Assembly: GCA_027923505.1 (NCBI GenBank)
Contig: BROI01000006.1
Location: forward strand, 558,001-622,000
DNA from: Mayamaea pseudoterrestris
Taxonomy: Eukaryota
Reading direction: 5' to 3'
DNA length: 64,000 nucleotides
Shown: positions 1 through 11,015 of the stretch, one piece after another
How the letters are laid out: every line of letters starts with the position of its first letter
How positions within the stretch are numbered: position 1 is the stretch's first letter
Notes under the pieces: generated by a model
What the model saw: only the letters and a program-made list of their open reading frames with translations
Told to the model about the DNA's origin: nothing
The model's database searches: none
Program-made: the position numbers and the translations under genes

Positions 1-560
1 GCTCCTTGTGCATTTGCAGCTGCTGCGTGAACGATTCCTTCACACTGCCGCTTTAACAATCGATCGTACACTTGCTCACGCTTCAGTCCAGTCGAAGGCT
101 CCCTTTTGCAGCAGCAGTACCAGCATACAAACAGAATCACAAAGCAAGTATACAGCAGCAGATAAGGCCAATACATGAACAGGAGAACTGGAAGCAATAC
201 GAGAAACGCAATGAACACCAAGCAGTAACCGACAAGGCGCACCAAGCAATTGTTTCGAACAGTATAATGATGTTGAGCTTGTCGTCGATTTACTAATGAT
301 GGAGCGTCCGAAAGCGATCTGCGGGACAAGGGTTGAGAAGGAGGAGACGCAACTGATTGATTTGTTGCAGTGTTACTACAAGTTCTGGTAGTAGTTTCAG
401 TAGCAGTAGCAGTGGAATGTAGTGGCAGCTGCGTGGAAGATGATGATGCACCAATCGCCGGCGGACAAATAATGTTTTCGGAAAAAGCCAAGGGAGCTAG
501 TTTATCAGATGCCGCCGCCGCCTCTGCCGGCAAGCATCCACTCTCAGTGCTGCTACTCAT
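1..560 (-). CDS. Partial hypothetical membrane protein; runs off the window start
   Basis: ATG at 560 opens a frame (MSSSTESGCLPAEAAA...) with no stop before position 1. Two hydrophobic stretches (LVGYCLVFIAFLVLLPVLLFMYW, YLLLYTCFVILFVCWYCCC). Not in the ORF track. Confidence 0.6.
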   Translation of the reverse strand, partial: MSSSTESGCLPAEAAAASDKLAPLAFSENIICPPAIGASSSSTQLPLHSTATATETTTRTCSNTATNQSVASPPSQPLSRRSLSDAPSLVNRRQAQHHYTVRNNCLVRLVGYCLVFIAFLVLLPVLLFMYWPYLLLYTCFVILFVCWYCCCKREPSTGLKREQVYDRLLKRQCEGIVHAAAANAQG

Positions 561-937
561 TGTATTTGTCTTGAGGAGTCAATTCGCAAGTCGATTCTCT
601 CCATGGAGCGAAACGAATTCTCGTTCGATGAGTTTTTTCATAACCGCTCCGACACCTGAACGAGTACCAGTGCGTCGCAAGACCTAGTCGTAGAAATGGC
701 GCGCCTTGTTCGCTTTTCCTCAAAACACTCCGCGTTGCCACAGACACGGCCATCAACAAAAGAGCTGATTAAATTGAGATACAAATCTAAACTTTCAAAG
801 GAGAGAGGCAAAGCATTTTCGACGAACGACTGCAGCAACAAAGAGTGACGTTCACAGAGACAAGTGACTGATCCAGATAGCGACAGATTTTCGGAAGATC
901 CATCAGCTTTTTGCCCCTATCGTATTCTACGTCAAGC

Positions 938-3358
938 ATGACCAACGTCATGGACGAACGCAGCAACTATCTAGCCGCCAATCGCGCGCGACGAGCCAGC
1001 TTGACGTGCATTTCACGGGGCGTTCCGAATGCGACGCATCGTTTGCCGGGCAAGCCCACGGACGTTGCCACCCGGCGGCGCTTGAGCATGACGACGAGTA
1101 CAGCAGCTGATTTGGATTGTCCGGGGTTTCTGCGCAATGGATTCAACGTGAATCATGCAGCAGCAGCAGCAGCAGCAGCATCGACGACGACGCGAAGCAA
1201 TAGTCCAGTGCGCGGCGTGCGACGAACTGCTTCGGGGCTGCAGCAGCAGCAGCCATCGGCCTCCAGGCGCAGCAGCCACCATGTGAAATCTTCCTCGCAC
1301 CCTCGATCCACTGCAAATGCTTTACAAGGCAACAGTGCTACGAGTACTTCAAATGGCAGGCACGAGAGCCGGCGTCATGGCGCCACTAAGAGCAGCTCGC
1401 ATCACGACGGTGTGGCGCAACTATTGACGAAACACTTGTCACACCGAAACAACAACAGCAGCCGACGAAGCCGCCTGCATCGATCGGCGAGCATGTCGAG
1501 CATTGCCAGTGGCGCCGCCAAGGGGTGCACGGCAGTGGCAGCGAAACCGATAAGTGCATCTTCCGTGAGTCCCAGCAATCGGGGCCGCCGCCGCAACAGC
1601 ATGCTGGCGGCCGCTGAAAGAGGTTCATCATTGCATCAAGATGCGCCTACGATGCGAGGTACAGTGTCAACGAAATCGAATACACCAGAGATTGTGCCGA
1701 AAACCAGTTATTTGTACGAGTTTGACGATGACAATGACGATGTCGACGTGGAAGAGTTTGCCGGAGACAATGTTCCAGAGGAAAAAGCTTGGTTGAGTCC
1801 ATTTGAAGCAAACCCAGAGACGCAAGACGATAATGCCGACACGAACAGTGCTGCCATTGTGCAAAAGTTGCGTCGACTGGAGCGTCAGCGCATGCGCAAC
1901 CCGGCGGCTGCGGCCGCGTCGACGGTACTGAATACGCGTCGAGGTAGGGCGCCCGAGCGAGCGGCGAAACCATCATTGCCGTTGGAAACAACTACAACAG
2001 CAACCAAAACATCAGCTGCCGCTGCTGCACTGCTGTTGGAGCCTGCTGCGACACCTCCCAAACGCTCGAGAAGTGTACAGCCGCCGTCTAGTCACGCGAC
2101 AACAAAAACAATGCTGCAGACTACAGGCGATAGCAATACGGATCCTCACGTACGACGAGATTCGTCGACGCTATTTACGTCAATGGCGTTTGGCATTATT
2201 CCATGGACGGAGCCAAAGAAGGAAATTCTATTTACACCCACGCCACAGAGGAAAAGCGTAGTTACATTATCGCCGAGCGATCATGGAGAGCAGGCGGCGG
2301 CACTCTTTTCGGATAACATTTTGACGCCCTCGCTGCACCGCCGCACGCTGGCGCAGAAGCAAGCGCCAGTGTCGGCGTGTGCGGCATTGGGAGCCAAGTC
2401 GCTTTTGATGCGAAGCAAGTCGTTGGATGGAGTTGGAACAATCAATGATTTCTTGGTACCAAGTCTCCAGAGTCCCTCATCGTCAGCTGCGGCAAGTCCA
2501 CAAACTCCTTTCACCGCGACCAGTCCGGGTTCGAAACACTCCAAGACGCTCTCGAATCGCTCCAGTCGATCCACAGTATCCACGTCGAGTCGTGACAGCA
2601 AAACGAGTAGTAGCGGCAGCAAGGAAGGATTAACCTTGGCGACGCGAAGGAGAGAGTCAAGCGGAGCAGCGCATGCCACACCAAGGTCGTCGAAAACGCC
2701 CATACCCCGCGCCAAGTCCATGGATCAGTACACGACGCGCGACTTTTTGATGCTGAGCCCACTGAGTGCCATGTCTAACAACAGGTCAAAGGCGTTGGTT
2801 CCAGCCTTGAGCAGTCCCAATTCTGCGGCATCGCCGACTGTTGCGTTTGATACGGATGAGCCGCCATTGAGCAAAATAAATAAATTGAGCAGCAGTCATG
2901 AACATTTATCGTTGAAACATGAATTGTCATTTGACCAACAAGATGATCCATCGACCACGACGACGAGCGCTTCATCGTCCGACAAGAATACGAGTCCCAA
3001 GGTCCCGCGAGTGACAAACTCGAGCCGCAGCTGTCGATCTCGGCGAGCGTCAACGGGCGAAGATGGGCAATTGCATCGCCACATGCGTCGATCGAGCAAA
3101 AGTGATGATGCGCAACCAACTACTTGTCAACAACCATCCGTCGCGACTGCAGCCAGACAGCGTCGTCGCCAGTCCTTGTCACATGCACCAGCGAGCGCCG
3201 GCGCTGCTACGAGCATGCCGCGGAATAGCCGGCGAGTCTCCATGTCGTCGGGTGCAGCGGCGGTGGATGGAAATGTGACTGCGGTAGTGACGACCATGAC
3301 TCGCATGACCAAGCAATCGCCGGCGAATGCATCTGATGTGCACATGATGAACTGGTAG
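938..3358 (+). CDS. Hypothetical Ser/Arg/Ala-rich, probably disordered protein (~800 aa)
   Basis: Long ORF (track 911..3358), first ATG at 938; many RRxS motifs; no recognisable domain. Confidence 0.7.
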   Translation: MTNVMDERSNYLAANRARRASLTCISRGVPNATHRLPGKPTDVATRRRLSMTTSTAADLDCPGFLRNGFNVNHAAAAAAAASTTTRSNSPVRGVRRTASGLQQQQPSASRRSSHHVKSSSHPRSTANALQGNSATSTSNGRHESRRHGATKSSSHHDGVAQLLTKHLSHRNNNSSRRSRLHRSASMSSIASGAAKGCTAVAAKPISASSVSPSNRGRRRNSMLAAAERGSSLHQDAPTMRGTVSTKSNTPEIVPKTSYLYEFDDDNDDVDVEEFAGDNVPEEKAWLSPFEANPETQDDNADTNSAAIVQKLRRLERQRMRNPAAAAASTVLNTRRGRAPERAAKPSLPLETTTTATKTSAAAAALLLEPAATPPKRSRSVQPPSSHATTKTMLQTTGDSNTDPHVRRDSSTLFTSMAFGIIPWTEPKKEILFTPTPQRKSVVTLSPSDHGEQAAALFSDNILTPSLHRRTLAQKQAPVSACAALGAKSLLMRSKSLDGVGTINDFLVPSLQSPSSSAAASPQTPFTATSPGSKHSKTLSNRSSRSTVSTSSRDSKTSSSGSKEGLTLATRRRESSGAAHATPRSSKTPIPRAKSMDQYTTRDFLMLSPLSAMSNNRSKALVPALSSPNSAASPTVAFDTDEPPLSKINKLSSSHEHLSLKHELSFDQQDDPSTTTTSASSSDKNTSPKVPRVTNSSRSCRSRRASTGEDGQLHRHMRRSSKSDDAQPTTCQQPSVATAARQRRRQSLSHAPASAGAATSMPRNSRRVSMSSGAAAVDGNVTAVVTTMTRMTKQSPANASDVHMMNW

Positions 3359-3407
3359 GGGTGACATGTCTTTGACAATCGTATCATTGCTAGAGCCATG
3401 TATTCAC

Positions 3408-4889
3408 TCAACCAGAGATCATGAGTTTGTCATGCAACACTGCCGTTGCCGCTTGTAAACATCGAAGTGTTCCAAACGGATTGTGGTCAAGTAGCACGAA
3501 TGGAAGCTGCTCCGTTTCGGCAATCTCGTCCAAATAGTCAAGAGAATAAGTGGTACCATCTGCACGTTTACTTGAAATTGAAGCATCCTCCGCAAGCAAT
3601 AAACTTTGGGCAAGCACTCGTTGCCCAACGTGTTGAAACATTGTCGAACCTGTAAACGGAAACGGTGGCAACAGGGGCCCAAGCTCGACGCCATGCTCGT
3701 ACCGCCACGAAACACGCACACGTTCCGCATACAATCGACAACACTCTACATTGCCCGCCACGGGAGGAGCACCAAAGGTCACAATGGCGGCCAAGTCAAT
3801 TTTGTAGGCGAGTTGCAAGTGCAGCGCCAGCAAGTGTGCAACGCCGCCCCCGAGCGAGTGTCCCGTCGCGTACAGCTTGATTCCTTGCCGAGACAGGTAG
3901 CGCAACAACTGAACGACGGTCACCGTTCGCACCTTTTGCTGCTTTTGTTTCGTCTTTGACTTGGTGGTTGACGTTGATTTTTGCTCAAACTGCAAGTGAC
4001 TATTTCCAACGTGCAGCATGGCCTTCCAGTACGCCTCGCGCACGGTGGCAGTAGTTGTGGACGGCGCGTCGAAATGATCGTGAATGTCAATCACTTGATC
4101 ATCCAGCAACAGTTTCCACCAGTCATAACCACCAGCAATTGGATTAATGACTACGACGGCCCAACTTTGGTGCAAAAGGACGTGCACCAAGTTGCATTGT
4201 TGCGTCGTGTAGTAGGTGGTGCCGGGAAACATGCCGTCGTGAATGCATGGCCGAATGAGTGTTGGATGATAACTTAATATGTTCATGCAAAGTAGTGTTT
4301 GCGACAAGTGTAGATTGTTGATGGATGCGGTAGTCGTGTTTTTAATGTCGTCGTCGTTTTCGTTTTCGTCGTCATCCGACATGTACACAACTTCTTGTCC
4401 ACTTGGTCCTTTCGACAAGGCATTGGAGTAGAAGCAATTGTCGGATACGTAAAAGGAGCCAGACCCCATTCGAATCGCGTACTGAGCTGGTAGCCGCAAC
4501 AATAAATGTAAATCGTTGTAGTACTTTGTATTCTTGCAAAAGGTGAGCAACACCACGACAAATAGTTCACAGAGGGCAAAGAATGCCAATGGATGTGGAC
4601 TCGCACAAAGCAACAATATAGGCCAGTAGTAGCTTCTCACAAAGTTGGCGACTTTTCGCGGCAGCACTGACTGAACAAACGGTCCAACGACGTGGCGCAG
4701 CACTCCGTAGCAAACCAGCATGGTTGGTTCCAAAAGTGGACAAACCATGGTTCGTAGAAAGGATTGCACGAGCGAAATACACAGAAACGCCGACCATGCC
4801 TGCAGTAACAGGCTTTGTAATTTATACCACGCATCGAATAGTATAAAGTGAGACGACTTTGATGAATATGGATCAGTATAGGCTGTCAT
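3408..4889 (-). CDS. Class 3 lipase-like alpha/beta hydrolase with N-terminal hydrophobic segments
   Basis: LYATGHSLGGGVA nucleophile elbow, VTFGAPPVAGN motif, C-terminal LDH; first ATG at 4889. Confidence 0.8.
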   Translation of the reverse strand: MTAYTDPYSSKSSHFILFDAWYKLQSLLLQAWSAFLCISLVQSFLRTMVCPLLEPTMLVCYGVLRHVVGPFVQSVLPRKVANFVRSYYWPILLLCASPHPLAFFALCELFVVVLLTFCKNTKYYNDLHLLLRLPAQYAIRMGSGSFYVSDNCFYSNALSKGPSGQEVVYMSDDDENENDDDIKNTTTASINNLHLSQTLLCMNILSYHPTLIRPCIHDGMFPGTTYYTTQQCNLVHVLLHQSWAVVVINPIAGGYDWWKLLLDDQVIDIHDHFDAPSTTTATVREAYWKAMLHVGNSHLQFEQKSTSTTKSKTKQKQQKVRTVTVVQLLRYLSRQGIKLYATGHSLGGGVAHLLALHLQLAYKIDLAAIVTFGAPPVAGNVECCRLYAERVRVSWRYEHGVELGPLLPPFPFTGSTMFQHVGQRVLAQSLLLAEDASISSKRADGTTYSLDYLDEIAETEQLPFVLLDHNPFGTLRCLQAATAVLHDKLMISG

Positions 4890-5093
4890 GAGACTGAATG
4901 TAGTGAGACGACGCAGCAACAATCACAAGCGTCGCCTCATTCTTGCTCCTCATATATTGCGAAGGCGAGACGATTCGAAGTTTTGTCCCTGCGTGACAGT
5001 ACCAGTACGACAGAATGAGTAACGATGCGTTGTGTGACAAGCGCGCGCCGCGTTGCGCGACCAACCATCCGTTTCCATTACTTCGTTGCGACC

Positions 5094-6380
5094 ATGGCGC
5101 CTCCGCAAGCCAACTCCCAACAATCCGCTTTTCCGCAAACGTCATCGTCTCGCAAACGTACCAAGCGTGACGAAAAGATTGAGCGCAGCAAGAAGCGAAA
5201 GCTAGAAAGGACAAAGACTACGGCAGCGTTAACTGCAGCGCCACACAACACTGCAACGCCTGACGACAATGCCTCGGAATGGAGCAAGAGCAAAAAGAAG
5301 CGCATGAGAGCCAACAAGGCCAAGATTGTCAAGCGAAACGATAATGGCGCCAGCAGAGAGCATGGTGGAGGAGAAGCAGCTGTCGACGTTGCGACTCGCA
5401 CGCAGCAGCGGAGTCCAATGGCAACGTCCAAGAACGATCAACGCGACAACTCGTTACACGCAGACTCGATAGCTAATACAATGACCAAGCAGCCATTGAC
5501 AACAGCATCATCTACGTTATCGAAATACCAAGCGCGTCTGCAAGGTTCCCGCTTTCGCGTTTTGAACGAACAACTCTACACCATGCATTCCAAGCAAGCC
5601 TACGCGCAATTTTCCACAAACCCGCAGCTGTTCCAAGACTACCACGCTGGTTTCGCCAGTCAAGTGGAGCACTGGCCCGTGCAACCAGTCGTTGTTGTGG
5701 CGGATGAATTAAAGCGGTTGGTAGTTGATGTTGCTGGTGGTGGTGAAACAGCCAGTAAAAACAATAGTAGGGGCGCTTTTAGGAAACAATTTCCAATCGT
5801 CATTGCCGACTTTGGTTGCGGCAAGGCCGAGCTTGCGCAAGACCTACTAAAATTCAAATCCTCCAGCAGCAAGGATGCTGCTGCTGCATGCCCCTTTCAA
5901 GTACATTCGTTCGATTTGGTGGCCAGCTCCAGCTTGGTGACGCCGTGCGACATGTCCAAAACGCCACTTGACGTTGGCATTGTGGACGTTGCCGTCTTTT
6001 GCCTCAGCCTCATGGGAAACAACTTGGCCGATTTTATCCGCGAGGCGCATCGCGTGCTGAAACCGAGTGGAATTGTCAAGATTGTGGAAGTGCGGTCCAG
6101 GTTTGAAACGACGGGAGACGAAAGTGGTGCTGCTCCTGATGCTCGTTCCAAAAAAGGCAAGCCAGGAAGGAATCACAATAATGAAAACACGGCACCACCG
6201 CCAAAGCCAATTTCTGAATTGAAGCGCTTTCTGAATGCCCTCGATCAACTTGGCTTTGAGTGTGTCAATTTGGATCGATCCAACAAAATGTTTTTCGTGT
6301 TGGATTTGCGGAAGAATGGCAAGCATCCGGATATGTCTCTGGAGTTTACGGCCAAGCCATGCATTTACAAGCGTAGATAG
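5094..6380 (+). CDS. RRP8: rRNA-processing protein 8 / nucleomethylin rRNA methyltransferase
   Basis: LQGSRFRVLNEQLY, FQDYHAGFASQVEHWP, IADFGCGKAEL, HSFDLV, DVAVFCLSLMG and C-terminal KPCIYKRR; basic N-terminus. Start is 5094 or 5025. Confidence 0.92.
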   Translation: MAPPQANSQQSAFPQTSSSRKRTKRDEKIERSKKRKLERTKTTAALTAAPHNTATPDDNASEWSKSKKKRMRANKAKIVKRNDNGASREHGGGEAAVDVATRTQQRSPMATSKNDQRDNSLHADSIANTMTKQPLTTASSTLSKYQARLQGSRFRVLNEQLYTMHSKQAYAQFSTNPQLFQDYHAGFASQVEHWPVQPVVVVADELKRLVVDVAGGGETASKNNSRGAFRKQFPIVIADFGCGKAELAQDLLKFKSSSSKDAAAACPFQVHSFDLVASSSLVTPCDMSKTPLDVGIVDVAVFCLSLMGNNLADFIREAHRVLKPSGIVKIVEVRSRFETTGDESGAAPDARSKKGKPGRNHNNENTAPPPKPISELKRFLNALDQLGFECVNLDRSNKMFFVLDLRKNGKHPDMSLEFTAKPCIYKRR

Positions 6381-6578
6381 TGTAAGTGTGATTTTTGATA
6401 ATTTCATGCTTTGCGCTAGAGTATGTAGCCTTCCTTAGTTTGCAACACTGAAGAATAGCTACTTTACGATTAACTTGCGCTCAATGCATCCGTTCGGATA
6501 TGGCCGCTGTCTTGCAAAACTATCAAGTGACGTAGAAAACCAACAGCGTACACGTGAAAAAAAATGATGTTTATTATG

Positions 6579-9563
6579 TTATAGAAAGCTAGCGTCTTCA
6601 TCTTCATCCTCCTCTCGATTGTCTTTTGGAAAATATTTCTGTTCGTCGCCGCCAACGTTAACGGACATGGGTGAATTCCGTCGGCTAGACTTGCCGCGAA
6701 GAAATGACATCTTTTTGAGCTTCTCCTTTAGACTCTTCAACGTGCTCTTTTGTTCATATTTCTCCTTCTTGCTGCTTTTCGGAATTGGCATGGCGGCCTT
6801 CGCGACAGCTTTCACTGCTGCGACTGGCATCGACTGCTTCGGTCGCGGTACTTGCTCCGGTCGTTGCTCTTCCTTGAACATGGCGCTAAACTTCTCCGGC
6901 TCCTCTGCGGGCGCCGGTAGAGGCTGAACTGGCAGCTTCTTTTTCTTCAATACTTTTCGCCTTCCAGGTGGGGGGCGTGCGGCTTTACGAGTTGCCTTGA
7001 CACCCGCATTGTCAGTAGCACCAGGGGCTGCTGATCCCTTCTTTGTAACCTTCTTCTTCCTAGTAGGTTCCGCTGCCTTTGCTCGCTCGCGTTCACTCTC
7101 TTCAGTGACACCTTGTATTATCTCTTCATCCAATACAACTCGAGTTATGTCTGTTTCGTTCTTTTCCTGAGCCGCAATCTCAGCCGCCCGAGCTAAGGCA
7201 ATTTCCATCTCCGCCAATTCTTGTTCCTCGGCAGTCGGAAGTTTGTTCTCGTCTGCCATCTTTTTGGCAAGTTCGAGTCGCAGACTGGCGGCCCACTGTG
7301 CAAGAGGATCAACATGAGCATCAACTTGCGAGTGGAGATGGGTATTGGCAGTACTGACAGACGACAAACTTGGCAAGGAGGTAACACCGCCAGGCGTGTT
7401 GGGAGGTATTGGGTAAATTGCCGCGTCTATTCCTGGTTCATCAAAATCGTCGTCGTCCTCCTCGCTCTCATCATGTAAATCGTCATTCTCGTCGTCAAAT
7501 TCGTTTCCTCGCTTGCTTCCTGATTCCTCGTCAACATGATCCTCATCAGCACCACTCAAATCGCCTTCGTCCGGAACGCTTCTTCCGGCTCCGCTTAACT
7601 CGTCTTCTGCCGGAATGTGTCCATCAGCAATGTAAAAATCTTCCACTTGTTCCACGTCTCCGTCGTCATCTACAGAAGCGTCGTCAAGTTCGTCATCAAG
7701 CACGTCTTCCTCTTGCTCGCCATTGCTCACGGTATCATCCTCAACCACGCCTTCTTCTTCAATGAGCATTTGCCTCGCCCTCAAACCATTCGTGATGCGG
7801 CCCAAGAATGCAGACATTGGATCGTCATTGTCGGGAGGCTCGTCCTTGACGACAAAATTCTTCGCAGTCGATATTATCGATTGAATATCTGTAACCTCAG
7901 ATAGCAGACTGCTAAACGACGAGTCCATCAACGTGGGCATATTCTCAACCACAGACTGTCCATCAACGCTTATTGATTGATTTGGCTTTTTGGGAGGCAT
8001 CGACGCACGTCCATAGGCTTGCACGGTCGGGTCATAACGGCGATCTTCGTCCTCGCTGCTGCCCTGCTCGTCGTTATCATGCATGTTTTGCTGTCTGGCA
8101 CTACCGGTAGACTTTGCATAATATTCTTGGATACCAATCGAACCTGAGCTGCTAGTGGTAGTACTCATACTGCTTATCATTTCCTTTTTGTTAATCTTTG
8201 ACTCATCATTCTCAGTTTCAAAGTCGACTGTCGATGCGGAGGTGGCAGCAGTCATCTTGCTTTCCGCCTGATGTTCCCCGTCGCAAGTCTCTGCTAGCAA
8301 GTTTTCAGCAATGGAACCCAAAAACGCTTGCATCGGATCATTCGCTGCTGGTGGTTGTACCACGTAGTTATTGGCCGACGTGACTGCCGTATTCAACGTG
8401 AGATTGGTCATTTCCGTTTGAATGCTAGAAAAACTGGAGTTCATGAGTGGTGGCAAAGCTCCATTGTTGATTGCTCGTTGCTCCTTTTCCTGCTGCATGG
8501 CCTTGGCAACGGTGGGCGGCAAAACGTCGCGGGTTGCAATGCTGTCATGATCCTCGTCGTCGTTTAAAATGTCGTCAATGCCCTTCCAGGCGCGCTGCTC
8601 CTTGGTCAGTAATAATTGGTTCGACTGGACGCTCACATCATCGTGCGCTGACTGTTTCTTTAATGAACGTTGTCGAGGTCTATCAACGTCGTAGAGTTTA
8701 TTGTTCGAATTCTTGACTGGAACTGCCATGGTGGTTGTACTGGAAATGCCAGTGCTCTTGACAGTCGTGCATAGGGTGGATGGTTGCGTCGGTGTCGCAT
8801 GATTCGCTGTTATCGTGTCTCCTCGTTTCGGTCGCTCCCCTGCGGATGCGCTCGTTTTGCGGTGACTGTCGCGCGACGTGCTTCGATCTCGCCGGCTCGC
8901 GGATGACCGAGGCGTTGCATTGGTTTTCGGTCGCGAATTACTTCGTCGTTGCTGTCCCCTTGGAGCGGAACTTTTGGATCGTGACCTACTACGCTGTCGT
9001 CGTCGCTCTTGTTCCTGCGAATCTTTGGAAGCGGATGTTTTGCTCGCTGCTGCGGAAAATTCTCGGGATGCATTCAGGGAGGATGTTCGGCTACTGTTCA
9101 GCGTGTCCTTGGAAGCATGTAGCGCATCTTCCGTTGGTCGCTTCTTTTTTCGCTTCAACGTACTGGATGGCTTATGGTCTTTTGTATCGGAACTATTCAT
9201 GGCGTTGGGCGCATTCAAGTGATCATGATTCTTGCTCATGGTATTACTGCTGTCAGCATGCATTGACGATGACTTTTTCCTCGTGCTTCGTTTCTTGCTT
9301 TCACTACCTGCTGCTGCTGTAGTCTTTCTAGACGTTCCAGCTGCAACCACATGATCACTCGAATGGTTCCGTCGAACGTTTCGACTTGACTCCCGACTGC
9401 TGGCGCGCTTTCCGGTCGAGGGTGACCGATGGGGCCTTCGTCTGCTGGTAGTTGCGTTGTTGCTGTTGCTGTTGGGATCAAACTCTATGTCGGAAACAGA
9501 CTGCGAAAGTCGTTCGGTCGCTGCAGATGCTTTTGAGCGGCGACGGGGTTCCGCGTTTGACAT
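6579..9563 (-). CDS. Hypothetical low-complexity protein: Arg/Ser-rich N-terminus, acidic middle, Lys-rich C-terminus
   Basis: Track ORF of 1047 aa; first ATG (MSNAEPRRR) at 9563; no known domain recognised. Confidence 0.7.
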   Translation of the reverse strand: MSNAEPRRRSKASAATERLSQSVSDIEFDPNSNSNNATTSRRRPHRSPSTGKRASSRESSRNVRRNHSSDHVVAAGTSRKTTAAAGSESKKRSTRKKSSSMHADSSNTMSKNHDHLNAPNAMNSSDTKDHKPSSTLKRKKKRPTEDALHASKDTLNSSRTSSLNASREFSAAASKTSASKDSQEQERRRQRSRSRSKSSAPRGQQRRSNSRPKTNATPRSSASRRDRSTSRDSHRKTSASAGERPKRGDTITANHATPTQPSTLCTTVKSTGISSTTTMAVPVKNSNNKLYDVDRPRQRSLKKQSAHDDVSVQSNQLLLTKEQRAWKGIDDILNDDEDHDSIATRDVLPPTVAKAMQQEKEQRAINNGALPPLMNSSFSSIQTEMTNLTLNTAVTSANNYVVQPPAANDPMQAFLGSIAENLLAETCDGEHQAESKMTAATSASTVDFETENDESKINKKEMISSMSTTTSSSGSIGIQEYYAKSTGSARQQNMHDNDEQGSSEDEDRRYDPTVQAYGRASMPPKKPNQSISVDGQSVVENMPTLMDSSFSSLLSEVTDIQSIISTAKNFVVKDEPPDNDDPMSAFLGRITNGLRARQMLIEEEGVVEDDTVSNGEQEEDVLDDELDDASVDDDGDVEQVEDFYIADGHIPAEDELSGAGRSVPDEGDLSGADEDHVDEESGSKRGNEFDDENDDLHDESEEDDDDFDEPGIDAAIYPIPPNTPGGVTSLPSLSSVSTANTHLHSQVDAHVDPLAQWAASLRLELAKKMADENKLPTAEEQELAEMEIALARAAEIAAQEKNETDITRVVLDEEIIQGVTEESERERAKAAEPTRKKKVTKKGSAAPGATDNAGVKATRKAARPPPGRRKVLKKKKLPVQPLPAPAEEPEKFSAMFKEEQRPEQVPRPKQSMPVAAVKAVAKAAMPIPKSSKKEKYEQKSTLKSLKEKLKKMSFLRGKSSRRNSPMSVNVGGDEQKYFPKDNREEDEDEDASFL

Positions 9564-9926
9564 GGTTTGATGCAGATTACTCGACGAATATGTCGTATAA
9601 AATGACCTTTGATAATTGCTGTGTAATTTTGACACGGCTTCCTGGCAACCAATCTTCGCAATCGTTCCGTTCAAGTGAGATATTTCCCACAAGCCTCTGG
9701 ACTTGGTGGTTTCGACAAGCACGAGACGTAGCTTGCAGAATCAATATGAATCTTTACGTAAATTGTCGGCTAAACGTGTTTCAAGTTTCGGCTGCTTTCC
9801 CATGGTGTCGCCTCGAGGTTGCGCCAAGGCACACGCGGTGTTCTGTTTGGTCATAGCGGTACTCTCTGTATCGTACCGGTACTAAACCAAACAACGCCAC
9901 GTTCATTTTTCGCTGCACCATCGACC

Positions 9927-11015
9927 ATGACAACTCACGACCATCATCAGCAAACTCGCCCTAGCTTGGCAAATTACCTTTTCGAAAACAGTCACAACGT
10001 CTTTTTACTAGACGGCGGAACAGGCGAAGAACTCTTTCGTCATGGCGTTCCAGACGACCGAACGCACTGGAGTGCCGAGGCTCTCATGGATCCCAACTAT
10101 CATTCAATATTATACCAGGTCCATGACTCCTTTCTGCAGGCTGGATCAAGTGCTGTCACGACGAATAGCTACGGATGTGTTCCTGGCGTTGGATTTACGA
10201 TAGAAGAACTGCAAGGCCTCTGCGCAACGGCTGGAAGGATTGCTCGTAGTGTTGTTCATGACGAACAATCAAACGCGCCAAGACCACTATACGTTTTGGG
10301 AAGCCTTGGTCCACTCGTCGAGTCGTATCGAGCTGATACAGTCATGGAGCATGAGCAAGGTGTATTTTACTATGAAACCATGTGCAGCGCCATGCTACCC
10401 TTTGTGGATTGCTTTTTGGCGGAAACCATGAGCTCGGTGGAGGAAGCCACGCAAGCGATTGACGCCATATCAAGAATCAGTGAACAAACAACTGATCCGC
10501 AGCAACAACTGCCTTGCATGGTTTCATTTTCGTTGCAATCTGCATCAGCGCGACTATGGTCGGACGAATCTCCCTGCCATGCGTTGGATCAAATCTTGGA
10601 GTACTGCAACACCAAACAAGTGCAGCTGCTGGGAGTTCTCTTTAATTGCGCCACGCCGGAAGCAATCACGTGGGCTCTCGAGGAGATGCACAACCATGAG
10701 CAACTACGCAAACAGCTGCAGCGGCAGCGTGTTCGTCTCGGCGCCTACGCCAATCGACTCACACCCGTGCCATCCAATTGGAGCTTGGCAACACACTTCA
10801 ACGCACCACAGCCACTCCGCACCGATCTTGATCCAAATCGATACTATAACGACTTTGTGAAGCACTGGGTGACAAATTTGGGCGTTGGAATAGTCGGAGG
10901 GTGCTGCGGCGTGACGCCTGAGCACGTTTCACTGCTGCGAGACAAACTACTGGTGGGGCCGCGGCAGACGCAGCAATTAACCGAATGCTCAACGCAATCC
11001 TTGATTCTGTGTTAG
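9927..11015 (+). CDS. Homocysteine S-methyltransferase family protein (HMT/MmuM/BHMT-like)
   Basis: LLDGGTGEEL, VHDSFLQAGS, GSLGPLVESY, LAETMS, Zn ligands LFNC and GGCCG, GAYAN; first ATG at 9927. Confidence 0.88.
   Translation: MTTHDHHQQTRPSLANYLFENSHNVFLLDGGTGEELFRHGVPDDRTHWSAEALMDPNYHSILYQVHDSFLQAGSSAVTTNSYGCVPGVGFTIEELQGLCATAGRIARSVVHDEQSNAPRPLYVLGSLGPLVESYRADTVMEHEQGVFYYETMCSAMLPFVDCFLAETMSSVEEATQAIDAISRISEQTTDPQQQLPCMVSFSLQSASARLWSDESPCHALDQILEYCNTKQVQLLGVLFNCATPEAITWALEEMHNHEQLRKQLQRQRVRLGAYANRLTPVPSNWSLATHFNAPQPLRTDLDPNRYYNDFVKHWVTNLGVGIVGGCCGVTPEHVSLLRDKLLVGPRQTQQLTECSTQSLILC

Noticed and set aside
1157..1180. (GCA)n and other trinucleotide runs
   Set aside because: They encode poly-Ala, Gln, Asp or Ser tracts within proteins and are not independent repeat elements.
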